Below, in pieces: positions 11,701 through 26,700 of a stretch of 64,000 bases of DNA (position 1 is the first letter of the stretch; each line of letters starts with the position of its first letter). The position numbers were made by a program, and so were the translations under genes. This DNA comes from Tubiluchus corallicola. Taxonomy: Eukaryota > Animalia > Priapulida. The stretch is taken from assembly GCA_030141605.1 (NCBI GenBank), contig JAQGDQ010000331.1, positions 1-64,000 of the forward strand, given 5' to 3'. Below the pieces are notes generated by a model. The model saw only the letters and a program-made list of their open reading frames with translations, searched no databases and was not told where the DNA came from.

Positions 11701-14700
11701 TAGGTGATTCTTATATGCTTAAATTCCTTACCTTTTTTCCTGTAGCTAGGTCTTCATGATTCCTTTGCATGTGAGATTCCCCCCAAAAAATCCATTAATA
11801 TGTAACATGCGACTCACTCACTCTATTTAATAATGTACTTCTCACAGAAAATTATGGTTTAGGACCATACTGAACACAATTAAACTGAAACATAAAGCAT
11901 TGAAAATGTAACTTAAGTTAGAAATTTAAAACCTGTAAATTTTATCAGCAAAACATTTTCCATATTTCTAACTTGTAACTACCAGCTCAAGTTAATGGTT
12001 TATCTGTCCAATTTTCATGATTTGGGGATATATAACATTTGTGCATTAACACAACTAAGCTTACCAAAACTAATCATTGTAATTATGTCAATCATTCATT
12101 TGTTACATTCAAGGTGTTTTATATGTTTAACCCAATGCAACATCTAAACTCATCATCACTACAAAGCCAACTATGCCTGTCAATGAAGCCAGTTTGCCAT
12201 TACCACCAGTCTGAGCTTCAGCAATTATATCATCATATACAACAAATATCATCGCACCGGCTGCAAAAGCTAAAGCATATGGAAGTATTGGTTGTGCCAC
12301 AGACACTGCAAAAGCTCCTAATAGTCCTGCTAAAGGCTCTACCATTCCACTCAGCTGTCCCCAAAAAAAACTTTTCCAGACTGAGAATCCATAACCTCTT
12401 AATGGTAAACTAACTGCAAGTCCTTCTGGAAAGTTTTGGATTCCTATGCCTATTGCAAGATTCCGAGCTTTTTCAAAAGTTGCTTCATCTGTTGAATTAA
12501 TGGCACCAAATCCCACTCCAACAGCTAATCCTTCAGGAATGTTGTGTACTGTAATAGCAATAATTAGAAGAAGCATTCTTTTCCAACTATCCTGCTTGGT
12601 CCTATATGCAGCTTTTGCTGGTGATTTTTTATTATCATTTTCTACAACACTTTCTCTTGATGATTTAGGTGTTAACCGTTTCTTTCTGTAATATAACTCA
12701 CTGTCAGATGTAGAGAGTTTGTTTTTTGCAGTTTCATATTCAACAATTGTGATATGTGTTCCACTTTCTTTCATCAATAAATTGTCGAGGTGATTAGGAC
12801 TGCAGTCTGATTCAAATTTTATTTTATCTTTTTCATCATTCATTAAAAGTGCAATAGGACCTGACATTGCACCTAACTTGGGCAATAATAAGTCAGCTCC
12901 AAATACAAACAAAGCACCCAAGATAAACCCCACTGCAACTGGCACAAAAGCCCATTGACCTTTGCTACCATATGTTGGAGAACTCTCTGCTAATGCTATA
13001 GCTGGATCCAATAGAGACCAAAAACTTGCAGCTGTCATAACACCAGCAGCAAAACCTAGGCTACCATCCAGAATCTTTCGTTGGCCAGTTCTACAGAAAA
13101 ATACAACACTAGCACCAACTGCAGTTAGTCCCCATGTCATCAAAGTGCCTAAAAAGGCTTGTAAGACAGGATTTGCACCTTCAATCATGTCTGTTGCTTG
13201 TTATCACTGAAACACATAAAGCAAATATATATTCAGACAAGTGTTAAAGTGCAGGTATTTTCTTACCCAGTATTTTAGGTATAATAGCTTAGATTTGACC
13301 ATTTTTATGCATTGTGTAGAACTCCAATAATAGCAATATGACCTCCAGACTAACAGCAGGGAAGTTCCTTAGTCCATTAGAGAAATTTACAAATGACCAC
13401 TTGGTATTTTATTTATTATTTGGCAATATGTTACTTTCCACGGTTATTGCTTCTAACACATGATCAGCTCAACAGTTGTACTACATTATTTTTTCGCTTT
13501 ATCGGTGCTTTATCTTGCAAAATTAATCTGGCTATTACCAGAGATTTTGCGTAATTTGTGCCAACACTTCATTATTCTTAGTTGTTGAAAACTTTTACGA
13601 TCTTTACGTCTTTTTTACGATCAGTAATTGTAGGGTGCAGTGATAACGCTTTAGAAATCTACGAACATGTATGAGAAACCCAAGAAGTAGATTAGTGCAA
13701 CATACACAAAAAACTACTGAATGCATTTTGCAGTTTATATTTTCTTATGTCAGATAAATGGTGCAGTAATGACACACATTTCTCGTGGAACTACAGAAGC
13801 AGATTGAAAAGAAAATCTCTAACAGTTGCATCTTTTTTGCAACACCATTATATAAAGATCATAACAAATATAGCCAGCGGCCAATAAAGGTAATAAAACT
13901 ATTTCATGCAGCTGTGTTGCAATGTTCTACACAAAAAGAAAAAATATTCCCCAAGGTACAGCCTGCTATTAAGTTAGTTATGAAATCACATTTGGTTAAC
14001 TTGTTTCAACTATAGCTCATGGTAACAATAATATAGTACTGAGGCCTCCTAATATATGAGATGGGTTTGTTATGCATAGCCAAAGTTTAATTAAGTTAGC
14101 CAGTCTTATAAATGGATGTTATTACATTTAATCAAATAGACTGAACCCATTAGTGATCTGAAAGCACAATTTATTGAGAAGATAGTAATAACATGAAACA
14201 TAATTGGCAGCATTTAATTTTGTAATGATTGCAAATTTAATAAATTTCATTTACTCTGAAATGGTAAATTACCGGCCGAACTAACATTACCACACTTTAG
14301 TTGTTTAACATATCGAAAATACAGAAAACGGTGCATATTCTTAATTTGCCTGAGCAGGCTCAGTGCAGAGGCTACACCTATGTGATAAAAACTGAAAAGA
14401 ATCTTGTTGCCAGAAACTATTTTGAATATTAAGTCTTTGACTCCATTTATATCTTCACCAAACTCTTACATTACACAAGCTCACTAACCTATCCATCCGT
14501 CTTACTCTGTCATTCGTGACTTCAAATAAACCTATTCATAAAATTTAAGTTGTCCTGGTTTGCTAAAATCACTGGATAGTTTTACCAACATTAGGCACTA
14601 TATGTGTGGGAGTGTTAAGACTAAAAGTTGAGCTGACTGTTTACTTAACCATAAAAATGAACTGTTACAAGAGTGTGAATGGCCTGTGACATCATAACAA

Positions 14701-17700
14701 CAGTTTTTCAGTCTCACTTAATAAGTAAATTTCAGTAAGCCTCAATTAATTAACATTTATACTAGGCACAGAAACAAAAACTATAAAATTTACAACATGG
14801 GCAACGAATGCAAAATGCTTTTAGTGCCAAATCCAAGTATACTGTAGTTTGATTTTGACTAATGCAGTTTAGCTATGTATCTGTCATTTCTGAGTCGTTT
14901 ATTCTGTACGCTTATTATTTTTAAGTCTCAGTCTCTTTGAGCAAAAAAGGTGGGATTAGCCCACCATCATGTGTATGCTTGCTAAACTTTTCACTTCATG
15001 TTAATTTTAGAACTTGGAGGTGAAAAGCAATAAGTTGCTAGGAGATGAAATTGCCTTACCAGATGAACATGACAAAGATTCATCTGATGAAGAGGTAGGT
15101 ATTATAGATTTCATTATCAATCATTTTCATTAAAGTTTAAAAAATGAAAACAATGTGCCCAGTTAAGTGTCATCCTGTATACCTTGCAAGTGACCTGCCA
15201 AACGGTTAGCTAATTTTAGGATATTTGTTTGAACACCTACTTGCTAGCATATAAAAACAAAAACCCGTAGAATAAAATTTGATCAGTTATAAGTGAGTTT
15301 TCTGCAACAAATGTCACATAGACAATTTCTCTTGAGTGCTACCTGTGACAATATTAATGACTGTTATAGTTTATTTATTTATTCAAAGCAAAGTGTATTA
15401 TTGCATACTTCAATAAGATTTTTTAAGACTGGAATTAAATTTATTATTATTTTAGTTAGGATGATGAGAAATTAGTATTTCATTATGAAATTCTAGATAT
15501 TAGCCTCAGCTTCAGACATTTTTTATTAAAAAAAGGTTATATACACAAGTAAATTAAAAGTTTTATTAAAATCGCGTTAGACAGTAAAATCACGTTAAAA
15601 ATTGTCAAGTTATTACGCAAAGGACAAATGTTGATTTCACTATACATTTATGATAATATTAAAATGAACTGCGTTAACAAAAAAAAAACAAACAAACAAA
15701 ATGAAAAATATAATGTTTCAATAGTTACGGAAACTTGTTTCGGGTAGTTTTTCATAATGAATGTACTTGGAAACTCAGCACTGTCATTCAAGTAGGACTA
15801 TGTAAATTTACATAAATCATTATTAAAAGCTATATCACCGTATCAGAATAGCCCTGGTAATGAAATCTTCCACACAAGAACCTCTAAACTAGGCAATGAA
15901 GAACATAATGGATTCAGCTGCCATGAACACAATCTGAAAGCCACCAGGCAATTGTTAATGGGCTAATGGTGGATAATAAATTCTTCCTGATTGTGATACT
16001 GTTTTTTTATACTGTTAAATATGAAACGTCAGTATTACAGTAGCAACTTTCCATCTTCTCCCCATTAGCATAATCCTCAGATTCTTACTCTTCCTCTCAT
16101 CGTTGCCTTAGATTGTTATTCTTCCTGAAGTTGTTGCTTTTAATTTAACAGGAATGACATTTGGATTTGTTGTTTTGGAACTTGTTTCAAGAATTCAAGG
16201 TTATTTATGCCGGAATTTATACACTGTGCTTTGTGTTAGGGAGACTTGATATCAGGAACCCTTGCTTGGGATGCTTTTTTTGTTGTTCTATCCTCTCTAG
16301 ATTCCTCCATGAGGGCATTACCACAATTCACTCATGTGGAATCACATGGTGAAAAGAAGGATTTAAAAGACTCATGCAAAATACAGCAATGGCATACAGT
16401 TATACTCCTTTATACAGCCCACTTTGGGGCTCAAAATTTGGCATTAAGCAAATTTTTTCATTATAACAAGGTGTATTAATTAATACATGCATGTCTAGGC
16501 AAATTTATACGTTTGTTCTGCCAAAAATTTGGATGTTAAGCGACGTTGGCCTCATGAAAGAGGACGTTATAGCAAGTTCAACTGCAAGTTACAGGTCATA
16601 GGAAGGCTAATCTTACCTAAATGAGATTTACACAGTGAGTAAATGAGAAAGAAAAGGAGATTTTAGAGTGGCAGTTATGCTAGGTCTACAGTTCCTAGAT
16701 ATTATTTACAGGGACCAGTTATGAGAAAGAATCAGGTAACCAATAAGTGAGGAGCTGTTGTGTGTGTTTTGGGTTGAGGATTACCGGGCCAGATCAGTGA
16801 ACTGATGGATGACTGTTAGATTCAGTACTTATTTTGCACAGTTTCACCAGCCATTTTGCCTGTAGATATTTATGCTTTTGGGGTGTACGGTACAAACAAA
16901 CCTGGTTGAGATACCACTGCCGGTCTAGTTCTGTCTTAATCTCGACTGAATGCTGGATCCTGGCTTGCAAAGTGCCAAACTGTTTAAAAAACTTTCTAAA
17001 GGGCTAACTAGTGCTTGATCCACAAGTCGTAAAAATTAAACGTTTTATAATATTGAGCATTGACCTTTACACAAAATATTTGTTAAACTTAAAAAATCAC
17101 ATAGTGTAATGACTATATAATTTATTTATAAATAGCAAATAATTACAAGTGATTTGTGTAACATGTAGTTTTTTGTTAATGCCAGACTTTGCCAATAAGA
17201 AATGCAAATGTGACTCGTACTCTGTTCTTATTCATTTAAGTTGTGATAGAAAAGCAAACTCATAAGATGTGTTGAGCCACAATCCATTTTTAAGTCATAC
17301 AATATAGTTTTCATGCACTTTGTTGCCATACGTATAACAACAATGTCTGGTCAGTCTAAGCAAAATAAACTATCCAGCAATAGGCCTGGGAATAACACTA
17401 AAATTAATTTTCCTGAAAACAATCATCATACATTCAGTATAGTTATAATGAATTATATAAACTAAACTAAAAAAACTAAAATCCTTAAAAAAGTGAATGT
17501 TGTGACATGTATCCACTTAGGCAAGGGTATATTTAACGTTTAAACATTTATAAGCAATGTAAATTACAGCAAGTATGAACAAACAAAATGCACAAACTTT
17601 CAGTTCAGCTCCAAAAAAAGAAAAAAAGTTTGTAAATTCCTCAAGTTGTTCCCATAACACTTGTTGGGTTACCTCTTAGTAGAGCAATAGACAAACGTTG

Positions 17701-20700
17701 GAACAAAAAAATAGGGACGTATCGGATCCGGATATCATGCGCTGTTTGTACTTCTATTTTTCTATCTGTAAAACTAGTGAATGCGCACTGATTATGAAAA
17801 AAGATTAGAACGGGCAGGAAAAATATACATAACAGTTTAATTACCCTAATAGTCTTAATTTTTGTAAAAGGATTAGCATTAAAATCTTCAGAACCAGCCC
17901 TTTTCAGCAGTCTACTTTCAAAAAAAGCAACTTTGGCGGTCTTTTTAGTTTACACCAAATGCGCAGTAAGTGCTCAGACTTGGAGTAAAAATCAATGTTT
18001 GCTGTGTTTCTGTGCCTCTGGCACACAGGTCCGGAACTGGCAAAAATGGATCCGGTGCATCCCTACTAAAAAACTTGTTGATCTGATCTCCCCAGTGGCA
18101 CGTTGAATGCATTTGCCTAATGAGCTAAGGATTTCTTCTCTTCAATACCAAGACAGGCAAAGGTTTCAGTAGCAATCAGTGCAAAATGTAATGTTGGCAA
18201 GAAATTGTTCTATTATAAAAGAGGCCTGGCAGAACAATGGTTGTGATTTTAACTGTAATCACTGTTTTTTGGAAATTGCAACCCTATTTTGGCTCACTTG
18301 CAGTTTAGGTGGTTCTCCTCACACCCCACAACCTTCCTATATTTAGTCCCACTGCCAACACTCTACCTCCTTCTCATTCCAAACCTCCCCTCCCTCTCCC
18401 ACTCCATCGCCAAGAATGCGAAGCTGTCTAACCCAACATGCCTTGCTGCAAACTCACCAAAACTATTTGATTGACTAACTGATTAGCTTAGGTAGCTAAC
18501 AAACTAATTAACAATCTTTGTACGGTATGAAGCCTCAAATTAGCGTATGTTCCAATATTAATTATTTTATTATTCAAAAGAAAAACAAAAGTTACAAAAC
18601 AACGCCAGTAGAGTGCGCCACTTACTGGCATACACAGATAAATAGGAGTTATGTTTCAACTTTTCTTTACACCAGTGTGTAGATAAATTTACAAATTTCT
18701 ATTGTAGCCCTGCTTTCAGCGATATTTCTGATTTAGGCGATGTGAGAGTACCTTAAAAAACCACCTAAACTGCAATCTACCCCTACCCTATTTTAAACAA
18801 GGTTAGTTTTTCACACTAACTAAAAGTAAAAGGTCTTGATAGTATATTCAGGGGCCGCTGAACCGGCGCTCTCCTTTGTGGTCCCACTCTTTACTTCGGG
18901 CAGGGCCGGCTTTAAGCATAGGCAAACTAGACAACCGCCTAGGGCCTCACTCTCCAGGAGGGCCTCACGCCGAGGTAACATACATTATAGTTTTTAATAA
19001 ATTGCGTAATTTTATTTTTCTCGTATTTATTTCATTTGGGGGCCACCAAATTCACTTCGCCTAGGGCCTCCAATTACCTAAGGCCGACCCTGCTTCGGGG
19101 CTTGCGGGTGCGTAACCACGCCAATAATAGTAATTGTGACAAGCGATATTGCAATCTTACCGAGTTTTTTCTTCGATTCGATGAATCTAGTGGATTTAAC
19201 TAGTATTTTTTTAAAGAAAACTTACCATATATGTAATGCGCGTTCCCCCACAGAGCTCATGTTATGCGTGTCAACTTCACTACGGCGATTGCGCAAAGTT
19301 CTTTTTGTGACATCTAGCGGCGCTTGTAGAAAAATGTTGATCACCACACTGTGACATGGACTAGTAACCACAGTCCACACGCATTCATCGCTCTAGGAAT
19401 ATAATGGGTCTAGCGTCATCAAACTACTAGCTTTCTATTTACCACATTCTAGTACTTTTGTTTCCCAGCAATCCAGCATACTCGCCATTCACTGAATCAC
19501 TTAGCAAATTGATCACTTCATAGTATTTGATACTGCAACTTTTTCCTAAAATTGATATGGAAAGCTTAAAGAGGGGTAACTGCAAAAGCAGTTATGTAAG
19601 CGAAAATGCAAATACTTTTAATAAGAAAAACTCATTTGGCGATTTGCCACAACAAAAGAAGAACTTAAATAACTAAATTAACCAATTCTGTATAACTAAA
19701 GCATAGCTGTTACCCCCTACAAACCCTCGGGGCAAAATCAAATTTCGTGTTAGTACTTTGGAATTTTGAGGGTTACTCCCTAAAGGAGGAAGGTCGAGGA
19801 AAACTGGCCGAACTGTAGTTCCCCAGTGTAGGCTTACATGCTTATCGCATACGATACGATGGCTCATTGCGAAACCTTTGAATTTTTTATGAAGTCTGTA
19901 TAGCAAGAACAAGAACAACAACGTGAGCAAGTACTTGGCACTGGACGTCCAGCCAAAGCTGCTATATGTAGTGCTTTACAGCTGGCAAAGCTAGTGTATA
20001 TAGTAATGTCTGCACAAAAAACTAGTTTATTAAGATATACTTTCATGAAATTTAATTATCGAAGTTTTTTGTACATTACTGTGTATTTGGCTTGTAAGTG
20101 CTTCCACTTAGGTAACAACTCTATATATACATATACACATTATTTTTGATACTATCAGAAGTCATTTGATTTGTTGATTAATTGACTGTTTTTTTTTGGC
20201 TGATGCTGTCTATTCCAGATGGCTTTATGGCCAACTGGTTAATACCTTATAAACATGCTAGCTGCGTGCCTACAGACTAACTTGGCCTACTGGTTGATAC
20301 CTTATAAATATGCTAGCTGCCTGCTTACAGACTAACTGACTAAACTGTTGTCAAGACTGTATGGTTAGCTGGCCGAGTTGTTGACTGACTGGCTGCCTGC
20401 CTTCCACCTTGTGTAGCTGCTTACCTGACTGACAGATATGTTGAATGGCATTCTTATTAGCTAGCTGATTGATGCTCAGTTTAATTTGTTATTATTGAAT
20501 ATTTATTCATTTTTGCACGATTAGTTTGTTATGCAAAAGTTATTGAATGACGCTATAAAAATGAACATGTTTTTGCAAACACTGGTTTTGATTTTCATAT
20601 CTTGGTGTTGATATTTTGTGGTAAATAAGATACTATTACTGATTTACCATGTTCAAGTGCTACATTCGAAAGCATGTGACTTTTAAACTTAATCTATGTA

Positions 20701-23700
20701 TTATATTGATTCTCAGAATTTATAATTCATAGAAACCTATAAATTTTATTGAATAACTAAGCTTTTAGATTTACTTACAATCATTCCTCTTTTAGACATT
20801 TGGAGTGGATAAAATTTTTAAAATAGATTATTTACCTGTTTAACTGGCATCAAATGCTAACAAAAGCTGTTAATGTAGAAGAAGGCTAGAACACAAAACA
20901 TGTAGCTAGGCTCGGGGGGGGGGGGATTGTGCAAGTACTACTTTTCAGCTTATGTCTCAGCTCCCAAATGTGGTTTTTCTGTTCTGTCTTTCACCATGTG
21001 CAGTCCAAGCATTGGCTTACGCTTTCAATAGAAAATATACAGATTTTGCACTGGAAGTAGTATGGCAGATAATAAAAGGCAATCTTTTATAAAAAACACA
21101 GACTGGACATTTTGGCATGAGTTTGCATGATATTTTATTGTCATACGTATTTTGTGTAACAGTGATATCTTTACAGTTCAAATGTACTTTCATGTTTGTT
21201 TAACTTCTGTGACAGATCCTGGATTCATTTTTTTGAACAGTTTCTTCCTGAATATCTTTGAGCAAAACCTACTATCTAATATAGACCCAACATAACAATA
21301 AGGCATACGATGTTTGAGAACTTAAATTCTTGACGAAAAAAGCCGATTTCTCTGACAAAATGTTCTATGAATGTCTTGTTTCTAACCAGTCTCCTTGAAA
21401 TATTGTCGATTTCTATACCAGATATTTCTCTGTACTTTGCAGAAGGGAAAATGTAGTTAAGATTATTCTGCATACCATTTTTTCAGTGGTTTTTGCTTTA
21501 ATTAGTGCATTTGCAGAATGTTCCACTTGGAAATATTATATTTTCTGATTTGATACACAAACATGTGAACTTCTGAAACATGTAAAACTCAAGTTGCCAA
21601 AGCTAGCTTACTTAGACAACTACAAATGCCTACTAACTATACCTAAAGAAAATTTATACCAGAGTTTTAATGAAATTTTGACAGCAGTATCAAATAACAT
21701 ATCAAGATTAAGTGCAGGAAAAACTAAGTGTGTTGATGCAGTTAGGATAATGTAAGTCAACACATCAGCGTCAGCAAATTACATAATTATTTAGTCTATA
21801 AGCTTCAGATAGTACAACAAGAGAAATAATATGTGCACTGAATCTTTCAGCAGTCTCAGTTCGAGCAGTTACTGTTGTAGGAATTTTTTTTAGTTTTCTA
21901 ACATGAATACAAGACAGGCTGACATGTCTTTGCAAATAGTGTTGTTGTTTTGATAAAAAGAGCGGCAGTAATAGGTCAGGCTAAAGTCGTAAGCAATATT
22001 TCTACACACTGGGGAAAGGATTCCTACTAACTCTGTTTGACTTTTTTCTTATGTTTTGACATAGTCATTGAGACAGTGTTTGTGAAAATTGTTTAAAAAG
22101 TCATCTAAAAACCCAATCATAACCAGCAGCAGGTACTACATATTAGTTGCCTTCAAAAAATATTAGTTGAATGAGAAATATGAGTACTTTATTACCATTT
22201 TTGCCTGCCTTTTAAATAGGACATTCGGAATACGGTGGGAAATATTCCAATGGAATGGTATGCTGATTATCCTCACATTGGTTATGACTGGACTGGTCGT
22301 AAAATTATGAAACCTGCCACTGGCGATCATCTGGCTAAGTTTTTGGAGAGAATGGACAATGAAAACTACTGGTATGCAATTTTAACATCTTAACAGGTGA
22401 TTTTTGATGCAGCTTCTTATAGCCTTAGTGAGAACAGAATTCTACAAAACTATTATTCTTATTAAAACAGAAAACTTCCTAATATAAGGAGTTAAAAGAA
22501 TTAAAAAAAGAATACCACGGTAAAGAAATGGGAAGATGTAATGTTTCAGTTCTTGCAGTTCTATGCTCGTGTCAAATCAGGTAAGTTTACCGAGATGACA
22601 GTTATCGTGCTTGAATTGCAGATCAAAACTTGAGAAGGATAATTCTGGCATTTGAGGAAATATGTATTAGTTTTCTGCAGTATTTTTAGATTCTTGCAGG
22701 TGTTAGTTTAAAATTTAACTTCAACAGGTTTATGCATAATTAAGATTCTCTGCTTACAGAAGAATCTTCTTGATTTACCCACAGTTTTTATTTATTTTTA
22801 TTTTTATTAATATTATTATTATTTATGCCTTTATGTTTTTCTATTAACTCGCACACGCACAGGGTTATTGTCACTAAACTCACAGGACACATTCCCCTGG
22901 TAGGGGGATTTATGCATATGTTTAACCGCTCATCCCCGGGTCAAGGGTCATGGAGCAGGCAGGGCTTATTGTTTTTTCGTTAGACTGGATCTCGTCCTAC
23001 AGTACTTGAGCTATGGCACAATTTTTGGTATGTTGCTAGGTGGGATCGAGTTGATGTGGGAAAATTTTTTGGTAGGAGGCATAAACCAAAATTGGGGAGG
23101 ATAGGGGACATCAGTGCTTCCATCGTCAAGCTACAGTAACGTGTAATACGTCAAATGAAAGATCTGGATGAGACGAATTGAATTATATAAGTTTTGTTGA
23201 TTTTGGTTGAACCCTGAACCCCTCTAGGGGACAAAAACCGAAATCGCAGGTTGGGACACCAATGTTTTTTATTATTTTTTATTTATTTATGCAAAATATA
23301 CTTTACAAGTTAAAAAAAACCAAGACATTTACAATAACATAAACAAATATTAGCATTAACTGACTGTCAATGAATGCAATTAGTTGCAATCGGTAAATAT
23401 GCATTGACTACACTCTGGCAGTTTTCGTTGTTTGGTAAATCATTAGAATATGAGTTTCGAAGGTAACCAACTAATTTTTACACTTTTGCCGATAATTATT
23501 GAATGTATTTTAATTTAGGAAAACTGTGAAAGATAAACTAACTGGACAAGATGTTGTTTTGACTGATGCTGAGTTGGATGTAATACAGCAAGTTCAGACA
23601 GGCAAGTTTCCTGACAAGGAGTGTAACCCTTATCAGGTAACCATAGTAGTAATATTGCTATTCTTTCAGGTATAAACTTCTCTGCAGCTCTGAATTAAAC

Positions 23701-26700
23701 ATTTATATTTTGGCAGTTTGGTAATAAATGAACTGATGCATTAAACTTAAATAAATAATTTTTACATCTTAACTTCTAAGTATAATATGGATGACTTACT
23801 GTATAATGTGGTATGGAACCCAAAAATTTGTGAATAAAGTGTAATTACGATGTTAATGTCTTCGAAGATTATTTGCTTGAAACTGATGCTTTTATTATTT
23901 AAAAGCAAAAAATAAAAATTTTAACATTAGCTTTTTTAAATGCATAGCCATGGGTTGACTTCTTTTCACATGAAACTATGCTGCATCCTGTTACAAACAG
24001 ACCAGAACACAAGCGAAGTTTCATACCATCCAAGAATGAAAAAGAAAAGGTACGCAACTTTTTAATTTAATTCGATATAGTAGGTGATCTTTGTTTTCGG
24101 CGAACTGTATTACAACATAAAGGTCAGCTAACTGTGCTTAATTCTTCCTGGTGTTTGCAATTTATTTACCAGTCATTTTTTAATGGATAAAGTCAAAGCT
24201 GTTGCTGTTTTTCGAATGCCTGAAAATCTCGCATTCATGCCCAATGCAAATGAATAATATAAAAAAAGTTATTGAAATACACGTTTGACGTTTTATTCAA
24301 ACTAGTCCGGAATTCGAAGCATCAGGTTACTCACTTATTGAGTTTTCCTGCCCAATTACTTGCCCATAAATATGATATTTAGAATTCCATTTACCATTGC
24401 CATAAAATTCATTTTATATAAATTAAGAATATGCAATAGCTCTATTATAATGTCACAATATAAAAACTGGCTAAGAATTTATTACATGAACAATGAGTAT
24501 GAGAATGAAACTGGCATCACTATATAGAGTTACTTCCCAAGTGAGTAACCCCAAAAATGTGTTAGAAGTGACTGAGCATAGGTGAAAAAAATGATTACTT
24601 CTAATTTGCCACTGCCGAGAGATTAGTAAACTAAAGTTGGGTAGATTTGCGAATGGCAAGTGTGTATGTAACCTTGTACCATAGTCCACCATACTGTTTT
24701 ACAAGAAAGGTCATAGGTAAAGAATTAGGTGTTCACTATATACAAAGACTAAATTTATTACATGACTGAATTATATATTGCACTGTTAAAACAGCACAAG
24801 ACATATAATGTTAAAACATGATTAAATTAGACTGTTTCTAGCAGATGTTAGTAAATACCAGAAATTACATAATCCCAACTATAACAAAAATTATCAAAAA
24901 GTAACCAAATTAATTACCAAAATTACACAACTTCAAATTCAAGACTAGCTAACTAAACAGACATTAAATGATGGAAAAGAGAATCAGAGTTTCTACTTGA
25001 CAATCAGAAGCCATGAGGCAAAATTTATATTCTACAAAACCAACTCAACAGGGGTAAGATTAAGTCAGCTGCATACACACAAAAAGAATGAAAACATAAT
25101 GACTGGCATAGTACAAACAAAGGCAAAGGCAAACCAACAACAACCAGGCACCTTTGTAAACAACCAGTTATTACCCTAGCATCTACTAACTGTAACAAAC
25201 TAGAGAAACAAAGTTATGGACAAGAAGCCGACACCAATCAGGAAGATGCAAAGTGCATCCTATTCGGTTACTTTCATACCTGCATGGGAATAATGTGCTA
25301 AACCCACGACTCTGCAGTTTCCTCTGGCAACAGTTCTTACAGTACTGTAATATAGGTACTAAAAGGACTTTTCAGAAAAACCAAATGCTTTTGTTCAAAT
25401 ATTTTTAATTAGAGATGCTAAAATCATTTTTCAGGTTGGTAAGATACTACATGCTATACGAATGGGGTGGATAAAACCTCGTGTGCCAAAGGATAATACC
25501 CCTAAATTTTATGATTTATGGAAGGATGGCGAAAAGAGTACTAGTAGTGCAATTAACAAAAAACTCCAACACTTTATACCAGCACCTAAACTGAAGCTTC
25601 CTGGACATGAAGAGAGTTATAATCCTCCGCCTGAATACTTGCTCACAGATGAAGAGGTATTCATTCTTTTTATCCAAGATCTACTTGTAAGGAATACTAT
25701 GTAACATTACCTTATTTATTAAATGAAAATCGGACCCAATCTTAAACTACAGCTCCAAGCAATCTGCCCTGTATGATATTTAAAGTGAACATATTTTTAT
25801 TTTTTTTTCAAAAATGACTTAACATGAAAAAATTGGTGCCTCTGAAATGTAATTCTGCTATCACACGGCTAGTTGTTTGCTATTACATGCTTTTGCACTA
25901 GCTATGCTCGTGGAAATTCTGCATTTTTTAACTGCGATGTAGGCAGTATGGAGCCCTTTCACAGTTGAAAACCAAATAACAAGCTTAAAAAAATCGAGAT
26001 TACAAGTGTAAAAGCAAACTTTTGTTTACCCCTTTTTATAAGCGAATTAATTTTGGCAGCTACTAGGGATGCTAAAATCACTGTCTGTAATGTTGACTAG
26101 TAGAATTTGCACCTTGTCTACTTTCCTGCTATTTATGTCAACCGGGCATTGCTGTTACAGTACCAGTAAGTTAATTTAAATTGGCTTCTCCCTTATTTTG
26201 TCACTTTTTGACAAATGGCTTGAATTTCGTTTTTGTCACGAAATCATATCATGTGACTATTTTGTTATCAATTTAGTTATAACCAGGAAAGTGCAGCAGT
26301 TTTGTCATATACAAGTGTTAGATATTCGAGTATTGTTTTTAAAATTCATCACATAATGTGTTGATTTTGTTAGTTTACACAAAAGCATGCACATCCAATG
26401 ATGTGTTTTATTTTTAGAAAAAGGCATGGTCAGAACTCGAACCAGAAAAGAGGAAGCTTAATTTTATTCCAGAAAAGTATTCCTGTTTAAGACTTGTACC
26501 TGCATATGGATCCTTTATCAATGAGAGATTTGAACGTTGCCTGGATCTCTATTTGTGTCCTCGTCAAACAAAAATGAGAGTAAGTTTTTTTGACATACAG
26601 TAACTTTTTCAGTTCAATAAAATTGAAATTGTAGGTGGATTACTGTTTGTTCCTAGTGCTCTTGATTATTTAATGCAGAGACTGTTAAGAGTACACTTCA

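Noticed and set aside
2498-13210. Antisense or overlapping ORFs (2498-2881, 12039-12413, 12446-12691, 12962-13210) and most other short ORFs in the track
   Set aside because: They are shadows of real CDSs, microsatellite translations or chance ORFs with no recognisable motifs.
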